DNA from: Candidatus Poribacteria bacterium
Lineage (GTDB): Bacteria > Poribacteria > WGA-4E > WGA-3G
Assembly: GCA_963663765.2 (NCBI GenBank)
Contig: CAXXUA010000011.1
Coordinates: forward strand, 32,001 to 96,000
DNA: 64,000 bases
Reading direction: 5' to 3'
This document shows, in pieces, positions 9,701 through 20,049 of this stretch. Made by a program: the position numbers and the translations under genes. Every line of letters begins with the position of its first letter. Positions within the stretch are counted from its first letter, which is position 1. The notes under the pieces are model-generated. The model did not search any database. It was not told the DNA's origin and saw only the letters and a list, made by a program, of their open reading frames with translations.

Positions 9701-10678
9701 TGTTGAGTCAACATACTATTGTAGGTTGAGATTAGGAGATTGGTCCTATAGAAGTCTTGTGTATTGTTTGTATTGTAGGAGGGAACTCCGATTCCCGACT
9801 TCTTTTTAGACCCATCAATAAACACGTGACTAAGCACTGTTGTTGAGTCAACATACTCTTGTAGGTCGAGATTCGGAGATCGCTCCTACAGAAGTCTTGT
9901 GTATTGTTTGTATTGTAGGAGGGAACTCCGATTCCCGACTTCTTTTTAGACCCATCAATAAACACGTGACTAAGCACTGTTGTTGAGTCAACATACTCTT
10001 GTAGGTCGAGATTCGGAGATCGCTCCTACAGAAGTCTTGTGTATTGTTTGTATTGTAGGAGGGAACTCCGATTCCCGATTACTTTTTAGACCCATCAATA
10101 AACACGTGACTAAGCACTGTTGTTGAGTCAACATACTCTTGTAGGTCGAGATTCGGAGATCGCTCCTACAGAAGTCTTGTGTATTGTTTGTATTGTAGGA
10201 GGGAACTCCGATTCCCGACTTCTTTTTAGACCCATCAATAAACACGTGACTAAGCACTGTTGTTGAGTCAACATACTCTTGTAGGTCGAGATTCGGAGAT
10301 CGCTCCTACAGAAGTCTTGTGTATTGTTTGTATTGTAGGAGGGAACTCCGATTCCCGACTACATTTTAGACCCATCAATAAACACGTGACTAAGCACTGT
10401 TGTTGAGTCAACATACTCTTGTAGGTCGAGATTCGGAGATCGCTCCTACAGAAGTCTTGTGTATTGTTTGTATTGTAGGAGGGAACTCCGATTCCCGACT
10501 ACATTTTAGACCCATCAATAAACACGTGACTAAGCACTGTTGTTGAGTCAACATACTCTTGTAGGTCGAGATTCGGAGATCGCTCCTACAGAAGTCTTGT
10601 GTATTGTTTGTATTGTAGGAGGGAACTCCGATTCCCGACTTCTTTTTAGACCCATCAATAAACACGTGACTAAGCACT
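9701..10678. repeat. Tandem array of a 140-bp unit x7, each with two oppositely oriented GTAG-type REP hairpins (BIME-like)
   Basis: Units start at 9701, 9841, 9981, 10121, 10261, 10401, 10541; near identical; the same two REPs form an inverted pair at 10866-10931. Confidence 0.95.
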
Positions 10679-10865
10679 AGTTAACTTGTTGTATTCACAA
10701 GTTTTGGGCTTTGTATTATAAACATATCGTCCCTAATGTAGATTAATAAATAAATTAGGTAATTTGATCTAACCCACAGCTGTAGCCGTGCTTTGTAAAC
10801 CCGCCTACAGGGTTTGGTGAAAATTAGAATTATAGTGAAATATACAATTAAGTTTACACTTTTTC

Positions 10866-10931
10866 TGTAGGAGCGATCTCCGAATCGCGACTGAACGTCT
10901 TGATAGTCGGGAATCGGAGTTCCCTCCTACA
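10866..10931. repeat. Inverted REP doublet (REPIN-like)
   Basis: TGTAGGAGCGATCTCCGAATCGCGACT ... AGTCGGGAATCGGAGTTCCCTCCTACA. Confidence 0.75.
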
Positions 10932-11079
10932 CCTGAAAGTGTAATAATAATTCTAAAATCTACTATAAGTAAAATCGGGCATTGTCCGCTCAAAGAGATG
11001 TCACGTGATAATGATTCTTGGTTATCGTTAGAAAATGAACGTCTCTATGGAAATTAAACGACATAGACAATTAACTTAG

Positions 11080-11237
11080 CAGGACTTACGCAAAAACGGT
11101 AGGCGGTGAATGCCTAAATGGCATTCATACCGTTGATTTGGTGCTTTGTAAGCGCGCTGGTAACCCATAAAAATGTTGATAATTACATCATTTTCATCTT
11201 ATTTCTTGATTAAATCAAGAAAACTGCGTAAGTCCTG
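11080..11237. mobile_element. 158-bp MITE with 13-bp terminal inverted repeats and 5-bp target duplication
   Basis: CAGGACTTACGCA ... TGCGTAAGTCCTG flanked by CTTAG on both sides. Confidence 0.78.
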
Positions 11238-11276
11238 CTTAGACTATAAGGTGTAATCATAAAGTGAGAGAAAACT

Positions 11277-12083
11277 ATGCCAAATCCGACAACAAATGCT
11301 GACAATTTACCTCCGATTCCCCTCACAGAGGAACAACGGTTTCTTTTTGATACCCGTGGTTGGCTTCTGTTTCCAGGTATATTGAGAGAATCGGAAATCA
11401 AAGAGATGCGTGATTTCTGTTATCAACTAAAACATGATTCACAATCAATTCCTGAACATCATCGTTCATCAGTTGGTGGTCCATTAGAATCGCTTACTGA
11501 CCATCCAGTTGTACTCGGATATATGAACGAGTTCTTGACTTCTGGATATGCTAACGACAACTGTTACGGTTTTCGATTAGAAGGTACATTCCTTACTATT
11601 CGCGGGAACGGACATGACAATTTTCGGCCGCATGGTGGGAGAGGAATGTTAAATTTTCCTGGTAACTCGCACACATATCATCTACATCACGACAGAGCGC
11701 ACAGTGGTTTGACACGTGTTGTGTGGGAACTCAATCCTGTGAAAAAAGGTGGTGGTGGCACGATGTTCCTGACAGGCAGCCACAAAGGTGCTTTTCCTGC
11801 ACCAAAGTCAACTGCAGACCGAAATTCACATTTGTGGGAGGACTATAGTTGTCCCGCTGGTTCTATGCTGGTTTTCACTGAGGCAATTACCCATACGGGT
11901 GCAAGATGGACAGATGAAGAAAATGACCGTGTGTCTATCTTTAACTGCTATAACACAGTTGGCAACAAATGGCACAGATGGGAACCGCACCCAAAACATG
12001 TTGAAGAGATGCCGTTTAAACGAAAGACACTTTTCCGTCCTGTTTATTGTCAGGACAATGTGCCGAATTTAGATGCAGTTTAG
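11277..12083 (+). CDS. Phytanoyl-CoA dioxygenase (PhyH) family Fe(II)/2OG oxygenase
   Basis: LTEEQRFLFDTRGW, GGGTMFLTGSHK, PAGSMLVFTEAITHTG. Confidence 0.82.
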   Translation: MPNPTTNADNLPPIPLTEEQRFLFDTRGWLLFPGILRESEIKEMRDFCYQLKHDSQSIPEHHRSSVGGPLESLTDHPVVLGYMNEFLTSGYANDNCYGFRLEGTFLTIRGNGHDNFRPHGGRGMLNFPGNSHTYHLHHDRAHSGLTRVVWELNPVKKGGGGTMFLTGSHKGAFPAPKSTADRNSHLWEDYSCPAGSMLVFTEAITHTGARWTDEENDRVSIFNCYNTVGNKWHRWEPHPKHVEEMPFKRKTLFRPVYCQDNVPNLDAV

Positions 12084-12357
12084 TATATAACGAGTTGTGC
12101 TAAATAACTATATGTTAATCATTGTTTCACATAAGCATGACGTTTTGCAGGTGTCCTTCATAGTTTGAAACGATCTTCAGTCCCGTAGGTACGATATGTT
12201 TATAGAAAAACGTCATAGTACATCCTCTTTAGTACCGTAGGGACGATATGTGTGCATGATAAACCTAATATATGTAAAAACTTTGAAAACAATGGGTTAA
12301 CGGCACAAGTCGTTATACAGTACTATCATGATTTTTTTGTAATGAGGATTTGATTCT

Positions 12358-13491
12358 ATGAAAATTACAAATGTCAATTCGTTTGTTTCATCATCAGGAC
12401 ATTTTTTTGTAAAAGTAGAAACAGATGCTGGTATATACGGAGTCGGTGAAGGCGGGTTGAGGCGGCGTGGCACCGCCTTAGCAGAAGTTGTGCAATCTTT
12501 TGAACCTACCCTCATCGGGGCTGATCCATTTCAGACTGAGCATCTGTGGCAAGTCATGTTTCGAGGAGGTTTTTTCCCTGGCGGTGTTGTTCAATCTGCT
12601 GCTCTTAGTGCAGTTGATATTGCCCTATGGGACATCAAAGGAAAAGCGCTGAACATTCCTGTCTACGAACTTTTAGGTGGACGTACGCGGGACAAGGTTG
12701 TTTGTTATCCACACAATGGCGGTGGTTCTACTGAAGCCCTCGTTGAAAGTTGCCGTAAAACGTATGAAGCTGGATGGAGATTTGCACGATGGGGTTTGGC
12801 AGATGGTGCAGGTACTGGTACATTTGAACCGAAACGTGCTATTAAGTACGGTATTCAGCAGGTTGAAGCAGTGCGAAACGCATTAGGTGATGAGATAAAC
12901 ATTCTTGTTGATGTACATACACGTCTTGACCCCGCAGACAGTCTTGAGTTTTGCAAAAAAGTTGAACCCTACAATCCGTTTTTTATTGAAGATCCGCTCC
13001 GTAGCGAAAATCCTGCAAGTCTCAGAAGGTTACGTCAACAGACATCTGTACCAATTGCTGTTGGTGAACAATTTGATAGTAAATGGAGTTTCCGTGAAGT
13101 GATTGAAGAAGACTTATTGGATTATTGCCGCGTTGACCTATGTATTGCCGGTGGATTGACTGAAGCACGCAAGATTGCGGGTTGGTGCGAAACACATTAC
13201 ATCTATCTTGCACCTCATAACCCACTTGGTCCGGTATCCACCGCAGCGTGTTTGCATCTCTGTTTAGCATCATCGCTTGTTGGTGTACAAGAACTGCCGC
13301 GCGCACCGATGTCTTCACTTACAGATGTTTTTCCAGTTCAAGTACCATTTGAATCAGGTTATCTCTTACCCCCAAAATCTCCTGGTCTCGGTATTGAATT
13401 CAACGAGGAAGCACTTTTTAACGTAACAAAACCTGAGTTTTCACCGCCTGTTGGTTATGAACGTGATGATGGTTCTTATACGAATTGGTAA
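12358..13491 (+). CDS. Mandelate racemase/muconate lactonizing enzyme family (galactonate dehydratase-like)
   Basis: VKVETDAGIYGVGE, SAVDIALWDIKGK, VDVH, FIEDP, IAVGE, APHNP, PGLGIE. Confidence 0.9.
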   Translation: MKITNVNSFVSSSGHFFVKVETDAGIYGVGEGGLRRRGTALAEVVQSFEPTLIGADPFQTEHLWQVMFRGGFFPGGVVQSAALSAVDIALWDIKGKALNIPVYELLGGRTRDKVVCYPHNGGGSTEALVESCRKTYEAGWRFARWGLADGAGTGTFEPKRAIKYGIQQVEAVRNALGDEINILVDVHTRLDPADSLEFCKKVEPYNPFFIEDPLRSENPASLRRLRQQTSVPIAVGEQFDSKWSFREVIEEDLLDYCRVDLCIAGGLTEARKIAGWCETHYIYLAPHNPLGPVSTAACLHLCLASSLVGVQELPRAPMSSLTDVFPVQVPFESGYLLPPKSPGLGIEFNEEALFNVTKPEFSPPVGYERDDGSYTNW

Positions 13492-13847
13492 AGAATTTAA
13501 AATGTGCTGAAATTTCTCACGATGTTTTTTCAATTACTTCTCTACTCAAATCAGGGTTATTCAGTTTTAGATATGTTAGCTGAAACCTGAGAAAATCGTG
13601 ACCAGCAAATCAAGAAATCAACGGTATGAATGCCTTTTGGAATTCCCCGGTAGAGGCATTCTATTGTCTCAATACATCTATGTAGGAGGGTATGTAACCC
13701 CGATTTGTTATGCGATTACTCTGAAATCGAGGAATCATACCCCTCCCACAATAGTCCATTTCGGACAATTGAATACCTCTGTATTCCACGGGGACCCGCC
13801 CCTACGATTTAGGTTAATTTGGTATAAGTCCTGTTAGTATATTTTTT

Positions 13848-13875
13848 TAAACCTTTTAACCAAAAACCCTTCTCT
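13848..13875 (+). promoter_or_regulatory. Putative ECF promoter, class B (TAAACC-N17-TCTCT)
   Basis: Same motif and spacing upstream of all three clade-B sigma genes. Confidence 0.6.
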
Positions 13876-13905
13876 ATATAATAAAACTGGCTCAGGAATT
13901 TGATT

Positions 13906-16608
13906 ATGCACAACGATTTTCTTGTTTTCAGTGACCTAACAGATGCAGAATTAATTCGGCTTGTTCAAAATAAGAATGAGAAAGCTTTTGCAGAACTCAT
14001 GTCCCGTTGGACACCATGGATTAGGGGTGTCATTGTAACGAATTCACGACAACGTCGAGACGTTGAAGAGATTCACACTGACATCTGGGTGGCAGTGTGG
14101 CAAAACATCAGAGAACTCAGAAAAATAGATAGTTTCAGTGCTTGGTTGCATCGTATTGCCTACAACGCTTGCAAGCGATACTACACATTAGCACGGCAAT
14201 CCCGGACTGAAATACCACATCAAGAGTCTGTGATAATTGAAAACATTGACCAATATGCTGCAGCGCGGTATAGAGAAGCACAATTGATTACTGATGTAAA
14301 AGAAGTTATACATTACCTTCCAGAGAAGGTGCGTTCTGTAGCGGAATTATTTTATTTAGAATCGTGGAGTATCAAAGAAATCTCTGAGGAGTTTAATCTT
14401 GCTATTGGTACAGTTAAAACAAAATTAAGAGAGATTCGAAAACTCCTGCGTGCGGAATTTGATGCAGAACCGATAAGAGGAGCAGTAATGCATACAAAAT
14501 ATGTTGAATCACATAGTCCGATTCAGATTGAGACTGATAAGGTAGAACCAAGTCGAATACCTGCAGTGTTTAATGTTGTTTCAAGCGATTCAACAGGTAA
14601 TACCTGGGCACTACCAGAGGGCGCAATTGTGAGGTTTGGTAAAGGAAACATGGGGGATGTTAAGCTATTACCAAATAGCAATTATTTTGCTGTGGGAACA
14701 ACGATTGGAATATGGTGGTATGATGTTTCTTCTATGTTGCCTATTTCGTTGTGGAAACCCTATATAGGTAATATTAGTTCCTTTGATTTCTCTCATGATG
14801 GTAAGTGGATTATCATTGACACGTTAGACGATATTATTATGGTATTGGATGTGCAGAGTGGTGAGAGAGTCATGCAAATTAAGGATCAAGACGGTTTTGG
14901 GGGTATTGCATGCTCAACAAATGGAAAATGGGTTGCAACAGCTGGTGGGGATGGTGTTATAAAGGTTTTGGATGTTCATGAAGGAAAATGTATCGCGCAA
15001 ATGGATCGCGGAAAGCACGAATGGAAATCAAATGATGTTAGGCAACTTGAGTTTTCACCAGATGGAGAATTACTTGCTGCTACAGTAGACAACCCAGAAT
15101 GTTTTTCAGATGATGAACAACTCCTGAATCCTGATGCAGAAGGAACACAGACTTATGTGTGGAAACCTGAAACTGGAGAACCGATCATCAAATTCGCTGG
15201 TAGAGACTATATGTTTTCTTCAGATAGTCATTTGTTAGCGGCAGCATCAATGGATGAGAGCAGGTTAGATGAAAAACGCGTTGACCGGAGTGTTTCGGTG
15301 TGGGATGTAACAACCCGTGAACGCATAGCACACTTTACTGGTCATGACGATTGGATAGATGCTGTTACCATTTCACCTTGTAACCAATTTGTTGCATCCA
15401 GTTCAAGGGATGGCACATTACGGGTCTGGAATCTTGAAAATGAATCACAGATAATGGAATATCCAAACTTTGAATATCCATTCTACACAAGAGATGGTAA
15501 GTTATTTTCATTCATCTATGTTTACTCTTCCAAAATGATTGAGGTCTGGGATGTAGAAAAAAGAGAACAAATGCTGGAGATAGAAGTTGGAATTGGTGGT
15601 TATGATTTCGCTAAATCCTTAGCCATTACAAAGGTTATTGATTTATTAAATGAGCATGAAAAATCACCATCAACCATATCATCTGGTAGTAAGCTTCCAC
15701 AATATAAAATACAAAGTGAACCTGATTTTCCGAATCCCAGTCCATTGATAAATTGGGTTGATGACCAGACACTTACATGTAGCAGAATGGGTTATAGCAT
15801 TCAACTATGGGATGTTAAACAAAAGTGTCAAAGTAATAGATTATTAGCTGATAAATGGATATATCATTACACGATTCTAAATTCTGGAAATATACTTGCC
15901 TTAGAAATAGATGGTAATGCAACGGTGTGGGATAGTAACAAAACCCAAAAATCTGTCATAAGGTTTTCATTGCCATCTGATTGGACCAGTGAAAAGATAT
16001 TTGACCCAAACGGGAATTATCTTGCAGCTGGAAGAAAAGATGGTAATATATATGTGTGGAATCTCAAACAATCTTCCCAGTCTATTTTATCGACAGGACA
16101 TTCAGACGAAATCAACTCATTAGCATTTTCTGCTGATGGATGTAGATTAGTGAGTAGTGCATGTGATAAATCGGTGAGGGTATTTGATCTGCTGTTAGGT
16201 GAGGAGATTGCAATTTTACCTATGAACACTCCATGTTCACCTTTAGCATTAGCGTATTCTCCGTGTGGTAAATTGATTGCTGGAGAATTGGATCAGGAAA
16301 TCCGTTTGTGGTGTGCTAAGGAATTCACAACGAAACTCACAATAACCCAAGGTAAAGTTTACCGACGTACATTTCCACTCGTATTTTCACCTTGTGGAAA
16401 GTATCTCGCAGGAGCAACTTGGTGGCAGGCGGGTAGGGAGAATCTGACAATTCGGATATGGGAAGTTTCTACAGGTGAACAAATTCATTCATTGCAGGGA
16501 CATAATTCATTTGTGCGATCGCTTGCCTTTTCACCGAATGGCTCAATGTTAGCGAGTGGTTGTTCCAATGGCACAATCTTGGTGTGGGATCTGAATCCTT
16601 ATCTATAG
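13906..16608 (+). CDS. ECF sigma factor (clade B)-WD40 repeat fusion, soluble
   Basis: Sigma2 (FSAWLHRIAYNAC) and sigma4 (SIKEISEEFNLAIGTVKTKL), then WD40 repeats (GHDDWIDAV, FSPCG, WD); no TM segment. Confidence 0.88.
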   Translation: MHNDFLVFSDLTDAELIRLVQNKNEKAFAELMSRWTPWIRGVIVTNSRQRRDVEEIHTDIWVAVWQNIRELRKIDSFSAWLHRIAYNACKRYYTLARQSRTEIPHQESVIIENIDQYAAARYREAQLITDVKEVIHYLPEKVRSVAELFYLESWSIKEISEEFNLAIGTVKTKLREIRKLLRAEFDAEPIRGAVMHTKYVESHSPIQIETDKVEPSRIPAVFNVVSSDSTGNTWALPEGAIVRFGKGNMGDVKLLPNSNYFAVGTTIGIWWYDVSSMLPISLWKPYIGNISSFDFSHDGKWIIIDTLDDIIMVLDVQSGERVMQIKDQDGFGGIACSTNGKWVATAGGDGVIKVLDVHEGKCIAQMDRGKHEWKSNDVRQLEFSPDGELLAATVDNPECFSDDEQLLNPDAEGTQTYVWKPETGEPIIKFAGRDYMFSSDSHLLAAASMDESRLDEKRVDRSVSVWDVTTRERIAHFTGHDDWIDAVTISPCNQFVASSSRDGTLRVWNLENESQIMEYPNFEYPFYTRDGKLFSFIYVYSSKMIEVWDVEKREQMLEIEVGIGGYDFAKSLAITKVIDLLNEHEKSPSTISSGSKLPQYKIQSEPDFPNPSPLINWVDDQTLTCSRMGYSIQLWDVKQKCQSNRLLADKWIYHYTILNSGNILALEIDGNATVWDSNKTQKSVIRFSLPSDWTSEKIFDPNGNYLAAGRKDGNIYVWNLKQSSQSILSTGHSDEINSLAFSADGCRLVSSACDKSVRVFDLLLGEEIAILPMNTPCSPLALAYSPCGKLIAGELDQEIRLWCAKEFTTKLTITQGKVYRRTFPLVFSPCGKYLAGATWWQAGRENLTIRIWEVSTGEQIHSLQGHNSFVRSLAFSPNGSMLASGCSNGTILVWDLNPYL

Positions 16609-17068
16609 GATATATGGAGTTTTTTGATAAAAATTAGACAATCACTCAATCGGGGTTGGAAATCCCTCCAACAATAGGTTCGTCTGTAGTATTGATGCCT
16701 ATGAGTTTAGGAAATACCTGCTATAAACTCATCAACTCAGAAGAATAGGTCAACATATTCCGGTATTCGCTATAAACGTGTTCTTATGCCAAATTAATCT
16801 GATTTGTATTGATTTTAATGTGTAGAACACGGGCGGGGACCAAATCAAGTAATCAACGGTATGAATACCTTATGGTATTCCCGGGGTATGAATCATGGAA
16901 CATGCCACACGTGCATACTTCTTCAGGCATTCCTCGCCTAACGTTGAGTGCATAAGACCTGTATAATATGTATTGTTAAGAAATAATAATTAAACCTGAT
17001 CCTACCTTGTTCAATTCCTAATCTATGTGTTTACCGTGTTTCAGAAATCGCGTATATCTATTAGAATA

Positions 17069-17242
17069 ACCTAAGTTGCTACCAATGTAGCACAATCTGT
17101 TAGATTGTGCTACAATAACTTGTGAAAAGGACATCAGAGAACACAAACTGACAGTTTGTGCTACAATAACTTGTGAAAAGGACATTATCCTAAGAATAAA
17201 CGGAATCTGCAGGTCTATAATCCTATTGGTAGCAACTTGCGT
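17069..17242. mobile_element. 174-bp MITE-like element with REP hairpins
   Basis: Inverted ends AAGTTGCTACCAAT / ATTGGTAGCAACTT; direct repeat TAGAATA on both flanks. Confidence 0.6.
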
Positions 17243-17300
17243 TAGAATAGTTGGATTACTTTACATACATATTCAAATTATGTCCTCAATGCAACCTTCA

Positions 17301-17328
17301 ATAATAGTAAACGCGTCATGTTTAATTG
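17301..17328 (+). promoter_or_regulatory. Putative ECF promoter, class A (GCAACC-N17-CGTCA)
   Basis: AAC (-35) and CGT (-10) ECF signature; five copies with a 17-nt spacer. Confidence 0.7.
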
Positions 17329-17352
17329 GAACAACTATTCATGAGTATTTTG

Positions 17353-19961
17353 ATGGAAAACAATGATATTGAACTCATCCAGAATATATTATCAGGTGAT
17401 GAATCTGCTTTCAGTAAGTTGGTAAAAAAATACTTCAAAAGAGCGTTCATGCATTTGTATGGCGGAAAATTGGGGATTATCACATCGCAGAGGAAATCAC
17501 GCAAGATACCTTCCTGCAGGCATACAAAAAATTGCACACCCTAAAGGACCATAATTTATTTGCTGGATGGTTGTATGTCATTGCGAATCGTCGTTGTATT
17601 GCATGGTTGCGTAAGAAAAGACTGGTGTTGCAATCGTTGGATTCAACAAGTGAAGAAATACTGGAAAAAACCGCTTATGCCTACTATGTATCAGAACAAC
17701 GTGAATTTGCATCCGCTGAACGTCGTCGTGAAATTGTTGATAGTCTTCTGGAAAAGTTGCCAGATACTCAACGCACAACGATGATCCTCCACTATCTCGG
17801 AGAAATGTCTTGTCAAGCAATCAGCAAATTATTGGGTGTTTCTTTGAACACGGTAAAAAGCAGGCTTAACCGAGCACGAAATCTATTAAGACTGGAAGAA
17901 CCCATACTTCAAGAGGCACCTAACCAACTACAGGGAGACATTCTTATGGAAAACCAAACGGCATCAAATCCTGTACCATTAAGATCATTTGAAGGTGATG
18001 TTACAACTTGGGAACTCCCTGAAGGTGCGCTTGCGCGATTGGGTCGTGGCAGTGAACCGAAAATGGCGTTCTCACCTGATGGGAACTATCTTGCTATTGG
18101 TACCGGCATAGGGCTCTGGCTATATGATGTTGCTACACTTTCACCTGTAGCATTTTGGGAGGTAGAACAAGGTGTAGTCGCATCTGTAGCCTTTTCTCCT
18201 AACGGCAAATGGATAGCAGTTAACAAATCAGGTGGAAACATTAAGATTTTGGATGTCCAAAATGGTACGTGTGTGACACAGATGAAATCAGAGACCTTCT
18301 TAGAAGGAATGGTCTTTTCCCACGATAACCGTTATCTCGCTGTGGCTTATTGGAGTACTTCTGGTGTTGAAGTTTGGCATGCGGAAACCGGTAAACCGTT
18401 TGCAAAATTGACTGCAGACATTGAAAGAGGTGGTATTTACCGTCCTATTTGTTTCTCACCTGATACTCGACTGATAGCCTCTACGTGCAGCTCAGGAACA
18501 ACTGAAGATGCGGAATCTATAGTATTGTGGAACTTAGCAAGCGGTGAACAAATTGCATATCTCTCAGCGCACACCTATTTGGTAACGTCTCTCTGCTTTT
18601 CACCGTGCGGGAAGTTCCTCGCCTCCGGTGGTGAAGATGGTACTGTGTACGTTTGGGACGTTAGGACATGGCAACAGGTGCAATGTTATACTGAATATGG
18701 TGCAGTATATCGTATTATTCCTTCTTGGACACCCGATGGCATTCTCCGCGCAGCAATTGTCCATTATGATGTGACTGGACCAACAACTATCTCAGTCCGT
18801 GACCTTGAAAATGATGAGCAGCTTTACACGGATCAAGTTTGGGGCAATACCATAGATTTTTCCTACATTGGTGATTGGGGTAACACGGTAGAATTTTCAA
18901 ACGGTTCACAACTTGCGTATGAAGGCAGACATGAATTTATCAACATTAGTACTCTTGAAAATCCTGTCAAACGTCAATTCACGCATTCGCCTATTTCATT
19001 TCCAACCTCAATGGTATTCTCAAATGACGGTAAGACGTTAGCCGTTCAGCATCATCAAGAGGGTGTTGTTTTATGGGATATTGAAAGTAAACGTTCACGT
19101 TCTGCAATTAAAGAGACATCTTCAGGTAAAAACCAGTTTGTATATAAGACTAATGATGGTAAACTCTATGCTGCAAGTATCAAAGTTGACACAGTTACGC
19201 TTTGGCAAGCTGATGGTGATGGGACCCCTTTTATTGAAGCATCTGGACGCTTATACTGGGGCGCGTTTCCTGCATTATCACCAACAGGTACACTATTCGC
19301 CTATGCTGATGAAGATGGTAACATACATGTTTGGGATGTGAATAGTGGAAAAAAACTATATGAATTAACACATCCCCTTGAACCGAGTGATAACAACGTT
19401 GACGATGACGAAGATGATGGTGACTTTGTTTATGAGTTGGAATTCAGTCATGATGGAAAATTACTCGTAAGTGTTTCAAATGCAAGAAATGTCAGAGTGT
19501 GGGACATGGAACTTGGACAAGAAATAGAATTGTTACCAGATGGTAGAGTTACGGGATTTCGGTTTTGTGAGTGTGGACAGCACCTTGTTTGCTTTAGCGA
19601 TGAAGTTATTCCATATTGGGATGTCTTTAACCGAGAATTCTGTGAGGATGATACATGCCTATATGAATCGAAACAGATTGAAATTGAATCGAGGTTGTCA
19701 CTACCCAAAGAGTATGAATATATTGAAAAACCGGTATTTACTACATGTGGACAGTACATTGCATTTATAACATCGTGGAACAAGGTTTCAAAGAGTTTTC
19801 CAATCTGTCTGTTTGAAGTGGAGAGTGGTAATCATCTTATCACCTTTAGGGGACACAGCACAGAGTTGAATGCACTTGTTCTTTCTCCAGACAACAAGCT
19901 TTTGGCCAGTGCGAGTCATGATGGTACTGTCCTGCTTTGGGATTTCGCTCCTTATCTGTGA
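17353..19961 (+). pseudogene. Frameshifted ECF sigma (clade A)-WD40 fusion; WD40 part intact
   Basis: MENNDIELIQNILSGDESAFSKLVKKY in one frame; QKSVHAFVWRKIGDYHIAEEITQDTF continues in the frame of ORF 17532-19961; extra TT at 17434-17435 relative to paralogues. Confidence 0.8.
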
Positions 19962-19991
19962 TCGTCAAAAATCATAAAGATATGACTTTTT

Positions 19992-20019
19992 TAAACCTTT
20001 TACCCCAAAACCCTCCTCT
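19992..20019 (+). promoter_or_regulatory. Putative ECF promoter, class B (TAAACC-N17-CCTCT)
   Basis: Matches 13848 and 44859. Confidence 0.6.
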
Positions 20020-20049
20020 ATACAATAAAACTGGCTCAGGAATTTGTTT

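Noticed and set aside
9732-10677. Repeated short minus-strand ORFs (MLSHVFIDG...)
   Set aside because: By-products of the tandem repeat; no RBS or recognisable domain.
9701-10678. Possible CRISPR array
   Set aside because: Whole 140-bp units repeat, there are no unique spacers, and no cas genes are present.
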